From Pseudomonadota bacterium (lineage in GTDB: Bacteria; Myxococcota; JACRCW01; JAFGSX01), in assembly GCA_043821645.1 (NCBI GenBank), contig JBDRCO010000033.1, positions 1 through 64,000 of the forward strand: a DNA stretch of 64,000 bases, read 5' to 3'. A program made the position numbers and the translations under genes. Within the stretch, counting starts at the first letter, position 1, and each line of letters opens with the position of its first letter. This document shows positions 19,421 to 31,038 of this stretch, one piece after another. Under the pieces are notes generated by a model that saw only the letters and a list, made by a program, of their open reading frames with translations, made no database searches and was not told the origin of the DNA.

Positions 19421-21551
19421 ATGCGTTTGCGGCTCGTTCACCAACAGAAAGCGACCTCCTTGAACCTGCGCGTCCTCCTGGTGGGTGTGGTGACCCTGCT
19501 GTTGCTGGCGGTGGTGGTGGTGACAGCCATCCAGCTCGGGCAACGCGACCGCGAGGCCCTGGTCGAGCGCTTCGCCAGCGACCACAGGGATGCGCTGGCC
19601 GAGGCAGCCAACGAGATTCGCGGCAGCCTGCAGGACGTGGACGACGACCTGCGCTTCGTGGCGCGCCTGCTGGGTGATACCCGGGGAGCCGACGACAGAT
19701 CCCGGGCCCTGACCACCTTTCTGGCCTCGGTGCGCGCCTACCGCGCGGCGGGCGTGTTCGATGCCGACGGCACGGTGCGCCTCATCGCCAGCGATCCCCG
19801 ACACCCCGCCGACGTGGACCGCGAGTTGCTGCGCAGCATGGCACGCACCGCCCGCGAGGCCCTGACTCGCCGCCCCGAGGGTTTTCAAATCTCCATGCCC
19901 CTGGCCACCGGCGACAGCTGGTACCGGGTCTTTGCAGCACCCATCACCCGCAACAGCGACGGTACCCTCGAGGAGGCCGTGGCCTTGCTCATCGACACCC
20001 GCCCCCTGCTCGAGCGCGTGCGTCTGGTTGCCGCCGACCCCCAGACCCTGCTCCTGGTGACAGGCCCCCACGGCGTTCCTGCGCCGGTGAGCAGCAGCGC
20101 ACTGATCGGCGCCCTGCCCCACCTCGATTCGCTGCAGGGCCTGGCGTCGGCCATGGGCGCGCTGGCCGAGGAGCACAGTGGCAGCCTGCGCCTGTCGGCG
20201 GACGAGGCCGTGCACCTCGGCCTCGAGCGCGGCGAGGCCATCGCGGTGTATCACTCCCTGCAGACCGTGGGGGACACACGCTGGTCGCTGCTCACGGTCA
20301 GCTCCATGGGTGTGCTGCAGGCACACGAGGGTGCCCAGGCCCGTCGGCTGGCGCTGCTCGCAGCGGCCATCGCCTTGGTGCTGCTGGGTTTTGGCGGTTA
20401 CCTGATCACCACCCTGCGCCGCCAGGCCACCTTGCAGGAACGCTTGCGCCACGCCAGCGAGGTGGCCCACCTGCACGAGCTGTCCGAAAAGATCCTGAAC
20501 AGCATCCCCGCAGCCATCGCGGTGCTGGCCGAGGATGGCCACGTCACGTCGATGAACCAGGCGCTGCGCCGACGCCTGCCCCTGGATGCGGACATGCGTT
20601 CGCTGCACACCGCCTTGGCTCGGGCTCCTCAGGCCACGACCCGGCACCTGCAAACTCTGGTCGAACGCGCCCTGCTCAGCGGCACCACCAGCAGCCTGCT
20701 CGGCGAGCCCCTGGCCCTGTTCGGTAGCGAGGGACAGTTCAGCGTGCACGCCGTGCCCCTGGAGAGGCACGCGCCCGACTCGCGGCTGCTGCTGGTGATC
20801 GACGACGTCACCGAGGTCCACACTCTGGAATCCCAGCTGCTGCGAGCCGAGAAGCTCGCCACCGTGGGCGTGCTTGCAGCAGGCATCGCCCACGAGATCG
20901 GCTCGCCCCTTGGGGTGGTGCGCGGCCGCGCCGAGTACATCGCCGGCAAGCTGGGCGAGGACCACCCGCAGGTCTCGGGGCTGCGCATCATCATCGAGCA
21001 GATCGACCGCGTCAGCCGCATCATCCGCACCTTGCTCGACTTTGCGCGCATCCGCCCGCCAGCCGTGGCACCGGTCGACCTGGGCGGAGTGTTGCGCCGG
21101 GTCGAGGAGCTGCTGCAGGTGGAGCGCGAGCGCCGCGGCGTGGTGCTGCAGCTGGCCGCCGACGCGGGCCTGCCCGCCCTGCTCGCTGACGCCGACCAGC
21201 TGGAGCAGGTGCTGCTCAACCTCCTGCTCAATGCCCTGGACGCCTGCGAGCCCGGTGGCCAGGTCACGCTGCAGGTCGCGCCGGGGGTCACCCAGGACGT
21301 GGGCTTCGGTCCCCACCTGCGCATCGAGGTGCGCGACGACGGTCGCGGCATCCCGGCCGAGCACCTGCATCGAGTCTTCGATCCCTTCTTCACCACCAAG
21401 AAGCGCGGCCAGGGCACGGGGCTGGGGCTGGCCATGGTGAGCCAGATCGTGCGCAACCACGGTGCCCAGATCGAGCTCGACAGCAGCCCGGGACAGGGTA
21501 CTCGCGTGCTGCTACGCTGGCCCCTGGCCACGCATACTGTCGAGGAGAGCG

Positions 21552-21562
<11 letters not shown>
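19421..21562 (+). CDS. Membrane sensor histidine kinase (periplasmic sensor, PAS-like, HisKA, HATPase)
   Basis: Two TM segments, H-box GIAHEIGSPL, N-box QVLLNLLLNA, DDGRGI, FDPFFTTK, GTGLGL. Confidence 0.93.
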
Positions 21563-22916
<1,354 letters not shown>

Positions 22917-22929
22917 ATCTCGCCAGGCC

Positions 22930-22950
22930 ACCCTGGCACCTTGCAAGGGT
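22930..22950. promoter_or_regulatory. Putative bEBP enhancer palindrome
   Basis: ACCCTGGCA-CCT-TGCAAGGGT, 8/9 inverted repeat, 60 bp upstream of a sigma-54 site. Confidence 0.55.
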
Positions 22951-23010
22951 CGGTCTTCGTATCCGCCATACGAAATGGGCCAGGCGACCATCCAGCCTCC
23001 ACTCGGTGGC

Positions 23011-23026
23011 TGGCACTGTTCGTGCT
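23011..23026 (+). promoter_or_regulatory. Sigma-54 promoter of stand-alone receiver gene
   Basis: TGGCACTGTTCGTGCT, GG-N10-GC spacing. Confidence 0.7.
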
Positions 23027-23057
23027 CTCCCTGGGGACAGCTTCCCGGGAGGTACCC

Positions 23058-23531
23058 ATGCCACGCACCTTTCCACGCCGACCTCGCCGCATCCTGGGGT
23101 CCCGGCACCTGCTGCGCGACCTGTTCACCACCATGCACCGGCCCAGGGTCCTGGTCGCCGAGGACGACGAGGAGCTGCGCGCCCTGCTGGTGCTGACCCT
23201 GAGCGAGGCCGACTACGACGTGGTGCAGGCGGCCAACGGCGTGGAGCTGCAGTGCTGGCTTGACGCAGCCACGCGCTTTGGTGATCGCCACCACACCTTC
23301 GACCTGGTGATCACGGACCTGCGCATGCCTGGCCTGTCGGGCCTGGACGTCCTCGAGCAGCTTCGGCTGGTCGACTGGGCCACCCGGGTGATCCTGATCT
23401 CGGCCTTCGCCGACGAGGAGGTGCAGCGCGACGCGAGCCGCCTCGGCGCTGCTGCGGTGCTGGCCAAGCCCTTCGGTCTGGAGGAGTTCCTGGGGGCCGT
23501 GCGTTCCCTGGTGCCGCCCCTGGCTGCCTGA
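23058..23531 (+). CDS. Single-domain response regulator
   Basis: GGAGG RBS; VLVAEDD, ITDLRMPGLSG, ISAF, KPF. Confidence 0.9.
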   Translation: MPRTFPRRPRRILGSRHLLRDLFTTMHRPRVLVAEDDEELRALLVLTLSEADYDVVQAANGVELQCWLDAATRFGDRHHTFDLVITDLRMPGLSGLDVLEQLRLVDWATRVILISAFADEEVQRDASRLGAAAVLAKPFGLEEFLGAVRSLVPPLAA

Positions 23532-23648
23532 TCCCACCCCTCGCACCGCGGCCGCTGCCGGTTCGCTGCGTCACACCCCGACGCCCGGTGGTTGCATTCC
23601 TCCAACCACCGGGTCCTGCATTTCAGGCTGGATGAGGTGTGCTTGCGC

Positions 23649-23960
23649 TCAGTCGAACACGCAGCCAAAGCGCTCGCTGACGAAGCGGGCGCGATCACCC
23701 CACATCAGCACGGCCTGCGACTCGACCACCTTGCGCTCGACGTCGATGCGGTAGGTGGCGACGGGCGGGTTCTGCAGCGAGTAGTCGGCACAGAACTCCT
23801 CGCTCATGCCCAGGGTCCACATGCAGGTGCACATGGTCTTGGCGCGATAGGCGGAGATCAGCTCCAGGTCATTCTGCTGGTAGGGATCGGCCTCGCAAGC
23901 CCACAGGCCCAGCGAGGCGACGACGACGGCAAGTGCGATCAGGATGCGTCGCATGTTCAC
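23649..23960 (-). CDS. Small Cys-containing lipoprotein coupled to the serine hydrolase
   Basis: LWAC lipobox; YRAKTMCTCM...FC...FGC; overlaps upstream stop. Confidence 0.7.
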   Translation of the reverse strand: MNMRRILIALAVVVASLGLWACEADPYQQNDLELISAYRAKTMCTCMWTLGMSEEFCADYSLQNPPVATYRIDVERKVVESQAVLMWGDRARFVSERFGCVFD

Positions 23961-25144
23961 CTCGCGATGGGGATGGCCTTGGCCACCAGGTCGTTGACGT
24001 CGACACTACCCTCGCGGTCGTCGCCGTAGCGCGCGATCACCAGGTCCAGCGAGGGGATCACCACGATGCGTTGCCCCCAGTGCCCGAGCGCCGCGTAGGT
24101 GTCATCGGGCAGGTCGGGCCAGGGCTTGCTCAGACCCTGCTCGGGCACGGGCGTGTTGAGCCACCACAGCCGTCCGTTGACGTCGGTGCCCGTCTCTTCG
24201 TCGATGCGCTTGACCTTGAACGAGGCCGGCACGACCTGGGCCTCGGCGACCCAGTTCACGGGGAGGATGCGCTCGCCATCCCAGCACCCGTCGTTGAGGA
24301 ACAGGTAGCCGAAGCGCGCGTAATCCTGCAGCGTGGCCATCCAGTAAGAGCCGCCGGCCAGGGTCCCCGCGTTGTCGCGTTCGAAGGCCGAGCGCTGGGC
24401 GCCGATGCGATCGAACAGCAGCGTCCAGGGCCAGTTCTCTCCGTACTGCGGGGTCATCGCGGCGCCGACCACGCCCAGCAGCAGGGTGGACTCGCCCGAC
24501 GAGTACTGCCAGGTGGTGCCCGGGGCATCGCGGCGTGCGTGTTTGAATACGAAGCGCGCCATGTCCTTGCGACCCTCGCCATACAGCATGGCGAGCACCG
24601 ACGAGGCCTGATTGGACTGATTCTCGTAGATCTCAGCCCAGTCCAGCCCGGAGCTGAACTCCAGCAGGTGCTGCACGGTGATGCCGCAGTTGTCCTCGGG
24701 CACGCCATCCAGGTGCATGCAGATCGAGTCTCCCAGTGCGACGGCGCCCTGCTTGACGGCGACCCCGGTCAGGGCATTGGTCACGCTCTTGGTGACAGAC
24801 CAGGCGATGTGGCGCTTGCTGGCCGTGAAGCCGCGCGCGTAGCGTTCGTAGATGATCTCACCGTGGTGGACGATGAGCACGCCGTCGGTGCGGATGCCCT
24901 TGCGCTCTTCATCCTTGCCCGTCAGCGTGAAGGCGTAGTCCTCGAAGGCCTGGATCTCGGCCGCCTTGCTGGTCGCCACCGTGTCGGCGCGCGAGCGCCA
25001 CTCGGCCGTGGGCCAGTAGGGGCGGGTCGGGCAGGCGTTCTGGGCATGCAGCGGAGTGGCCAGGGTCCACAGCGCGCTGGCGAGGGCTGCGGCGGGCAGG
25101 ACAGACACGCTCCTGTTCGCCATCTTCAGGGTTTTATTCGACAT
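23957..25144 (-). CDS. Serine hydrolase, beta-lactamase/class C PBP family
   Basis: SVTK (SxxK), WQYSS, ALGHWGQ, IPSLDLVIAR; signal peptide. Confidence 0.9.
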   Translation of the reverse strand: MSNKTLKMANRSVSVLPAAALASALWTLATPLHAQNACPTRPYWPTAEWRSRADTVATSKAAEIQAFEDYAFTLTGKDEERKGIRTDGVLIVHHGEIIYERYARGFTASKRHIAWSVTKSVTNALTGVAVKQGAVALGDSICMHLDGVPEDNCGITVQHLLEFSSGLDWAEIYENQSNQASSVLAMLYGEGRKDMARFVFKHARRDAPGTTWQYSSGESTLLLGVVGAAMTPQYGENWPWTLLFDRIGAQRSAFERDNAGTLAGGSYWMATLQDYARFGYLFLNDGCWDGERILPVNWVAEAQVVPASFKVKRIDEETGTDVNGRLWWLNTPVPEQGLSKPWPDLPDDTYAALGHWGQRIVVIPSLDLVIARYGDDREGSVDVNDLVAKAIPIAR

Positions 25145-25898
25145 GGCTGCCCTCCGCGCGGGTCAAGGCCAAGGCCGTGGTCGCGGTCAGGGGCAGCAAC
25201 AGGCCCTCGGCCGCCACCAGCGTGGCCAGGGAAGGAAGGTCCGTGGTCGAGACATTGAGCAGGCCACCACCGACCAGGGCTCCGATGTGAACCAGGGTAG
25301 TGCTTCCCCAGGCCACCCAGAAAGAGCCTGGATTGGCGACCAGCCAGTCCTGCAACAGCCACTCGGCGCCGGCCACCACCAGCGGTGGCACCAGGCCAGC
25401 CACCAGCAAGGGAGGCAAGGCCGCCAGGACGAGGCTCTGCGGCAGGCTGCCAAGGACGGAGCCCGCGACCAGGGCCGCCGGCACCACCACCACGGAACTC
25501 AGAGCACCGGCGAGAAAGGACACCGTGGCCAGCTGCACCCCGTCGAGAGCCGGGGCAGCCTGCACCTCTCGCAGCTCGACCTCGACCTGGCGAGTCTCGA
25601 CAGGCGAGGCCTCCGCCGGGCTCGCCGGCGTAGGCTCAGTCTGCGGGTCTACCGCCACCTCGGGTTGGACCTCCTCCGCGCTTGCTGCCGGGTCCCCGAT
25701 AACAGGCTCCTGGGTGTCCGCCGGGGTCTCGCCCGCAGGCATCTGGGCGGCCTGGGACGTGGGAGGGTCCTCGCCGGGCTGAGAGCCGGCTTCCTGGGCC
25801 GCCGCCCTGGCCGGGCCAAGGCACAGAGCAAGCACCACGGCCCCCCACGGGCCCAGCCCTCGGGATCTCGACATGCGACTGTTCATGGAAACCTCCAC
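25134..25898 (-). CDS. Hypothetical membrane protein (signal peptide, Pro/Glu linker, several TM helices)
   Basis: Hydrophobicity pattern; overlaps downstream start. Confidence 0.6.
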   Translation of the reverse strand: MEVSMNSRMSRSRGLGPWGAVVLALCLGPARAAAQEAGSQPGEDPPTSQAAQMPAGETPADTQEPVIGDPAASAEEVQPEVAVDPQTEPTPASPAEASPVETRQVEVELREVQAAPALDGVQLATVSFLAGALSSVVVVPAALVAGSVLGSLPQSLVLAALPPLLVAGLVPPLVVAGAEWLLQDWLVANPGSFWVAWGSTTLVHIGALVGGGLLNVSTTDLPSLATLVAAEGLLLPLTATTALALTRAEGSHVE

Positions 25899-26023
25899 GC
25901 CGCCCGTGGATACGGCGGACCCTCCATCGCGTCAACACGCAACCCTCTGGCGCCCTCCCCTACGGCCGGGCACACGCCCCATGACGGAGCCATGACCCGC
26001 GTCCTGCAGGAGTGCCGGAGCTG

Positions 26024-26032
26024 TGTTATACT
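26024..26032 (+). promoter_or_regulatory. Extended -10 promoter element
   Basis: TG-T-TATACT in intergenic region about 100 bp upstream of ATG 26132. Confidence 0.45.
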
Positions 26033-26131
26033 TCTGGGGTTCGTGATCGATGCGGTGCTCTTCTGAGCTGCGCCGCAGGGCAGATCCAGGGAAGGCGAGA
26101 GAGAGGGGAACGGGGGCGCTTGGAGGCGCCA

Positions 26132-26578
26132 ATGTGTTCGCGTGCGATGATCCTCCCTGTGCTCGGCCTGCTGGCCTGCGATGCTCTACAAGGACCCTCT
26201 GCCACGGTCACCGTCGACGTGGACCTCCAGGGCTACGACCTCACCCAGGAACAGACCGCCACACTGCAGCAGCCTCCGCTGTGCGGTATCGAGATCACCA
26301 CGGCGCCGGATGCCGACGACGCCCGGGACGAGGCCCTGGCAGGTGACCTGTGGCTGCGGGGAACCCACGCCCGCGCGGTGCTACTCCGGGTTCACAGTGC
26401 CGAACTCGGAGAGGGACCTGACGACGCCAGTCGGGGCCTGCTCCCGGCGCCGGTGGAGCCGGGTGAGGGGTACGAGATGATCTGCGCCGGGCAGCGCTAC
26501 AAGATTCAGGTCCTCGATGTGGACAACCAGGCCGGCAGCGCCCAGCTGCAGATCGAGCCTGTTGCCGGCGGGCCCTGA
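26132..26578 (+). CDS. Hypothetical lipoprotein
   Basis: GGAGG RBS, LGLLAC lipobox. Confidence 0.6.
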   Translation: MCSRAMILPVLGLLACDALQGPSATVTVDVDLQGYDLTQEQTATLQQPPLCGIEITTAPDADDARDEALAGDLWLRGTHARAVLLRVHSAELGEGPDDASRGLLPAPVEPGEGYEMICAGQRYKIQVLDVDNQAGSAQLQIEPVAGGP

Positions 26579-26596
26579 GCTCCCCGCTGACCGGGC

Positions 26597-26995
26597 TTAG
26601 GCGTTCTGGCCTCGCTGGCCGTCGCAGATGGCCGAGGGTCCGAGGCGCTCGAGAAGCTGATCACCCCAGGCCTTCCACGCCTCCTCGACCGTTCCCGCGA
26701 TCCCGGCGTCCAGGACCTCGACACCCAGCTGCTGCAGCCCGGCCAGGCCGCGGGCGCCGATGCCTCGCACGACGATGACGCGCACACCCTCGACGAGCAG
26801 GCGCTGCACCGGTTGCATGCACGAGGCCGGCTGGTGGCGCGCGTTGGCGATGAAATGCAGCGCGTGTACCTGACCACCGCTGACGCGAAGAATCGCGTAA
26901 CAGGGCGCGCGGCCAAAGTGTGGGGCAATGGAAGCACCCAGCCCTGCCGGTTCATTGCACGGCACGGCCAGGATCGAGGTCTCGTCGGCTGCCAT
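26597..26995 (-). CDS. NifB/NifX (dinitrogenase FeMo-cofactor-binding) family protein
   Basis: IAPHFGRAPCY, GVRVIVVRGIG; GGAGG RBS. Confidence 0.85.
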   Translation of the reverse strand: MAADETSILAVPCNEPAGLGASIAPHFGRAPCYAILRVSGGQVHALHFIANARHQPASCMQPVQRLLVEGVRVIVVRGIGARGLAGLQQLGVEVLDAGIAGTVEEAWKAWGDQLLERLGPSAICDGQRGQNA

Positions 26996-27134
26996 CGCCT
27001 CCACATAGCATCTCGCCCCGCAGCCACAAGTGTCACGACGCACGCAGCGCCATCGATTCCACTGTTCAAGCGCCGTGCGCAGGGGCATATATCAGGCGTT
27101 CACACCCACCGTGTTCCACGGGACGGAGACGCCC

Positions 27135-28517
27135 ATGGCCATCATCACCATCTCACGCGGTTCGCTCAGCGGTGGAGATCGTTTCGCGGCCTTGCTGGCC
27201 GAGCGGCTAGGTTACCAGACCATCAGCCGCGAGGTGCTGGTGGAGGCGGCCCAGAAGTACGGCGTCAACGAGAAGCGCCTGTCCGAAGAGATGCACAACC
27301 CACCCAAGTTCTGGGAGCGCTTCGCGGGCCACCGCGAGCGTTACCTGCTGGCGGTGCAGGCCACCCTGGCCGAGATGGTCGAGAACGGCAACACCATCTA
27401 CCACGGGCAGGCGGGCCAGTTCCTGCTCAAGGGTCTGAGCCAGGTGATCAAGCTCCGCCTCATCGCCCCGCGCGATTACAGGGCCACCGCGGCCATGGAA
27501 CAGCGCAAGCTGTCCCGGGACGAGGCGCTGCGCTACGTCGACGACATCGACGAGCAACGCCGCAAGTGGGTGCGTTACTTCTACAATGCCGACTGCAGTG
27601 ATCCCTCGCTGTACGACATGGTGATCAACCTCGAGCAGATGTCCATGGAGTCCGCGGTCGATCTGGTGCACCAGCTCGCGAGTCGTGACAGCTATGCCTT
27701 CACCGAGGCTCGCAAGCAGGAGCTGCACGACTTTGTCCTCACCACCCGGGTCCGGGCGGCCCTGGAGTTCAACTCGAATTTCCCTGAGAACGCGGTGAGG
27801 GTCCAGGTTCGCGCCGGGACCGTGTTCTTGTCCGGCACGTACTACGAGAAGCACCACCAGGACATCGACACCTTCGTCAAGAAGCTGCGTGGCGTCGGCG
27901 AGGTCCAGAATGGCGAGGACCCGGCGGGCGCCCTGGGTGGCGCAGGCGAGGCCGAGCGCACCGCCGCAGACGTCATGATCCCGCTGTCGCGCTATCCACA
28001 CATCGGACAGCACGTCACCCTGCGGGAGGCCATCGTGGCCCTGGGAGCCTCGGCGGTTCGCCTCTCGGATGGGCATCTCATCCATCCGCGCTACATCCTG
28101 GTCATCGACACCCAGGATCGCATCGTCGGCGTGGTGGGCCGGCGCGATATTCTCAAGGGACTGACCCCGCAGCTCGACACTCTCGAGCGCGCCAAGCACC
28201 AGATCGAGGCCGTGGTGCCTCATATCGAACTCCCCTCGCTGATGCTGCTGCACTGGACCTCCTTGTTCAGCGAGGCCGCCATCACCAACTCCCAGCGCGC
28301 GGTGCAAAGGATCATGGCGCCGGTGCGCGGCTCGGTCGAGGTGACGGACAGCCTGAGCGTGGTGTTCACGACCATGCTGCAGCACAACATCGACCTGGTG
28401 CCGGTGATGGACGGAGAGCGTGCGGTGGGGGTGGTGCTGATGACCGATGTGTTCGACACCGTGGCCCAGTTCATCCTGGAGCGTGGTGCGCACCAGCCCC
28501 GCGGGGCGGACGCCTGA
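27135..28517 (+). CDS. Cytidylate-kinase-like protein fused to BON-like and CBS-pair domains
   Basis: IITISRGSLSGG, YDMVINL, VRAAL...VRVQVRAGTVFLSG (BON-like), AADVMIPL...VGVV...DIL and PVMDGERAVGVV...DVF (CBS). Confidence 0.85.
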   Translation: MAIITISRGSLSGGDRFAALLAERLGYQTISREVLVEAAQKYGVNEKRLSEEMHNPPKFWERFAGHRERYLLAVQATLAEMVENGNTIYHGQAGQFLLKGLSQVIKLRLIAPRDYRATAAMEQRKLSRDEALRYVDDIDEQRRKWVRYFYNADCSDPSLYDMVINLEQMSMESAVDLVHQLASRDSYAFTEARKQELHDFVLTTRVRAALEFNSNFPENAVRVQVRAGTVFLSGTYYEKHHQDIDTFVKKLRGVGEVQNGEDPAGALGGAGEAERTAADVMIPLSRYPHIGQHVTLREAIVALGASAVRLSDGHLIHPRYILVIDTQDRIVGVVGRRDILKGLTPQLDTLERAKHQIEAVVPHIELPSLMLLHWTSLFSEAAITNSQRAVQRIMAPVRGSVEVTDSLSVVFTTMLQHNIDLVPVMDGERAVGVVLMTDVFDTVAQFILERGAHQPRGADA

Positions 28518-28643
28518 GCCGCCTCCTCCTGCGGCCGGTGCAGGCCCAGGACCAGATTCCGGGTGCGTGCAGCCCTCGGGCGACCTCGACGAGCGGATAC
28601 GGGATGCTGTTGCCGGGCCGCAGCGCGTCCCGGGCGGCCGCGG

Positions 28644-29567
28644 TCATGCGCCCGCACTCCAGGCCATCCCCGCGCAGCTGAGTTCTTCGAGCAGGGTCCG
28701 GGCATCGTCGCTCGAGAGCGAAGCCAGGGGGGGGCACACGCGACGCCAGCCGTCATCCCGATCGCGAAGGGCCAGCACAGCCTTGAGGGCCGGGGCGAGG
28801 GGCCATCGCTCGAGTACCTGGCGCTGTCTGTCCAGGGCGTTCTGCTCCGCACGCAGATCGGCCCCACCCTCGAGGTGACGACGGAAGAGTCTCGCCTGGG
28901 CCGCGGCGTTGAGGTTGGCGGTGGCGCTGATGCAGCCAGCGGCCCCCAGCTGTAAACCTCGCAACAGCAGGCGCTCGGTGCCTGGAAACAGCGCCACACC
29001 GTCGAGCGCGCCAGCGAAAAGAGCGAGCTGCTCCGGATCCCCACTCGAATCCTTGAGGCCGGCCACACTGACACCAAAGCGCTGCCGCAGAGCCAGGATC
29101 ACGGGCAGCGTGATGGCCAGGCCCGACATTTTTGGGAAGTGGTAGAGCAACAGCCGCGGGCGTCCCGGAGGCAGGCGCTGCAGCAGGGCCGTGAAGTACG
29201 CGATCAATCCCTCGTCGTCGACATGGCGGAAGAAGAAAGGGGGCATGACCAGCACGTGATCCACACCGCACTGCAGGGCGTGCAGACTCAAGGCCACCGC
29301 GTCGGACAGGGCGCAGGCCGTGGCCCCGACCACGATGCGCTCGCACTGGACCCCGGCGTCGAGCAGCGCCTCGAGGGCTGCCTGGCGCTGGGCAACCGCG
29401 AACGAAGGAGCCTCACCGGTGGTCCCGAACAGCACCACTCCCTGGCATCCCTCGGCGAGTACGCGCTGCGCGTGGGCCGCCAACCTGGGGCCATCGATCG
29501 CCAGCCCCTCGTCGACGGGGGTAACCAGGGGGGCCCAGATGCCCTGCAGCGACGGCGGCCTTGCCAT
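28644..29567 (-). CDS. Dihydrodipicolinate synthase (DapA/NAL) family aldolase
   Basis: LVTP, GTTGE, LYHFP, GLKDSSGD. Confidence 0.9.
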   Translation of the reverse strand: MARPPSLQGIWAPLVTPVDEGLAIDGPRLAAHAQRVLAEGCQGVVLFGTTGEAPSFAVAQRQAALEALLDAGVQCERIVVGATACALSDAVALSLHALQCGVDHVLVMPPFFFRHVDDEGLIAYFTALLQRLPPGRPRLLLYHFPKMSGLAITLPVILALRQRFGVSVAGLKDSSGDPEQLALFAGALDGVALFPGTERLLLRGLQLGAAGCISATANLNAAAQARLFRRHLEGGADLRAEQNALDRQRQVLERWPLAPALKAVLALRDRDDGWRRVCPPLASLSSDDARTLLEELSCAGMAWSAGA

Positions 29568-29650
29568 GGTGCCTCCTGTTGGTTCCGGCGGCTCCGATGA
29601 TATCGTGCGCGAGCGACGGGTGAAGCCCCGGCCCTCGCGATGGAGTTCCG

Positions 29651-31027
29651 ATGAGCGACCTCGACGCCACCGCCCTTGTCCAGGACCTTCGCACCCGTTT
29701 CGACAGCGGCCACACCCGTGGGCTGGCCTGGCGACAGCGCCAGCTCACGGCAATGCGCCAGCTCATCCTGGACAACGAGAGCGCGATCTTGGAGGCACTG
29801 CGCCAGGATCTCGGCAAGCCCGCCTTCGAGGGTGATCTGGCCGAGGTCAGCTTTGTCCTGGCCGAGCTCGGTCTGGCTCAGCGCAAGCTCCCGCGCTGGA
29901 TGCGCGCGCAGAAGGCGCGGCCTCCCCTCGCCATCTTGCCGGCCAGCGCCTGGATCGAGCGCGAACCCCTCGGCGTGGTGCTCATCATCGGGCCCTGGAA
30001 CTACCCCTTCCACCTCGTCATGCTGCCCCTGCTGTCGGCGCTGGCTGCGGGCAACTGCGCCGTGGTCAAACCCTCGGAGGTCTCCGCCGCCACCTCGGCT
30101 CTTCTTGCACGGCTGATCCCGCAGTACCTGGACCCTCGCTGCGTCCAGGTGGTCGAGGGCGGCGTGGCCGAGACCACACAGCTCCTGGCCCAGCGCTTCG
30201 ACCACATCTTCTACACCGGCAACGGTACGGTCGGGCGCATCGTCATGGCTGCCGCCGCCCGGCACCTGACCCCGGTGACTCTGGAACTCGGTGGTAAGAA
30301 CCCCTGCTATGTGGACCCGGATATCGATCTCGACGTCACCGCGCGGCGCATCGCCTGGGGCAAGTTCTTCAACGCCGGCCAGACCTGCGTGGCACCGGAC
30401 TACTTGCTGGTGCACGAGGCGGTGCATGACGCCCTGATCGAGGCCCTGGGTCGGGCCTTGCGTGCCTTCTACGGACCGGATCCCCAGCACAGTCCGGACT
30501 ACGCGCGCATCGTCAATCCGCGCCACCATGCCCGCCTGGTCAGGCTGCTGGCCAGTGGCCGCGTCGCGCACGGTGGTCAGCACGACGTGGCAGACCGCTT
30601 TCTCGCGCCCACAGTGCTGGTCGACGTCGAGCCCGAGAGCCCGGTGATGGGAGACGAGATCTTCGGGCCCATCCTGCCGGCGCTGCGCATTCGAGATCGC
30701 GACGCAGCCCTCGCCTTTGCACGGCAGCGGCCAAGACCCCTGGCCAGCTACGTGTTCTCCAACGACGCCGAGGTCCAGCGTCACTGGACCCGCGGTATCA
30801 CCGCGGGGGCGGTGGTGGTCAATCACTGCTGGGTGCACATGGGTGCGCCGTCGCTGCCCTTCGGCGGCGTGGGCGCGAGCGGCATGGGGGTCTACCACGG
30901 CCGGCACGGCTTCGAGACCTTCAGCCATCGCAAGCCCGTCGTGAACAGGCCACAGATGCTGGACCTGCCGCTGCTCTACCCGCCATACAGCGAGCGCATC
31001 CGGCACCTGGTGCGACGCGTGCTATAG
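29651..31027 (+). CDS. NAD(P)-dependent aldehyde dehydrogenase (family 3-like)
   Basis: PWNYP, KPSE, YTG, LELGGK, NAGQTCVAPDY, EIFGP, PFGGVG. Confidence 0.95.
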   Translation: MSDLDATALVQDLRTRFDSGHTRGLAWRQRQLTAMRQLILDNESAILEALRQDLGKPAFEGDLAEVSFVLAELGLAQRKLPRWMRAQKARPPLAILPASAWIEREPLGVVLIIGPWNYPFHLVMLPLLSALAAGNCAVVKPSEVSAATSALLARLIPQYLDPRCVQVVEGGVAETTQLLAQRFDHIFYTGNGTVGRIVMAAAARHLTPVTLELGGKNPCYVDPDIDLDVTARRIAWGKFFNAGQTCVAPDYLLVHEAVHDALIEALGRALRAFYGPDPQHSPDYARIVNPRHHARLVRLLASGRVAHGGQHDVADRFLAPTVLVDVEPESPVMGDEIFGPILPALRIRDRDAALAFARQRPRPLASYVFSNDAEVQRHWTRGITAGAVVVNHCWVHMGAPSLPFGGVGASGMGVYHGRHGFETFSHRKPVVNRPQMLDLPLLYPPYSERIRHLVRRVL

Positions 31028-31038
31028 GTCCGTCCGGG

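Noticed and set aside
26597-26995. Nitrogen-fixation cluster suggested by NifX-like, modABC and DraG-like genes
   Set aside because: The genes are dispersed, no nifHDK or draT is present, and all three families are common in non-diazotrophs.
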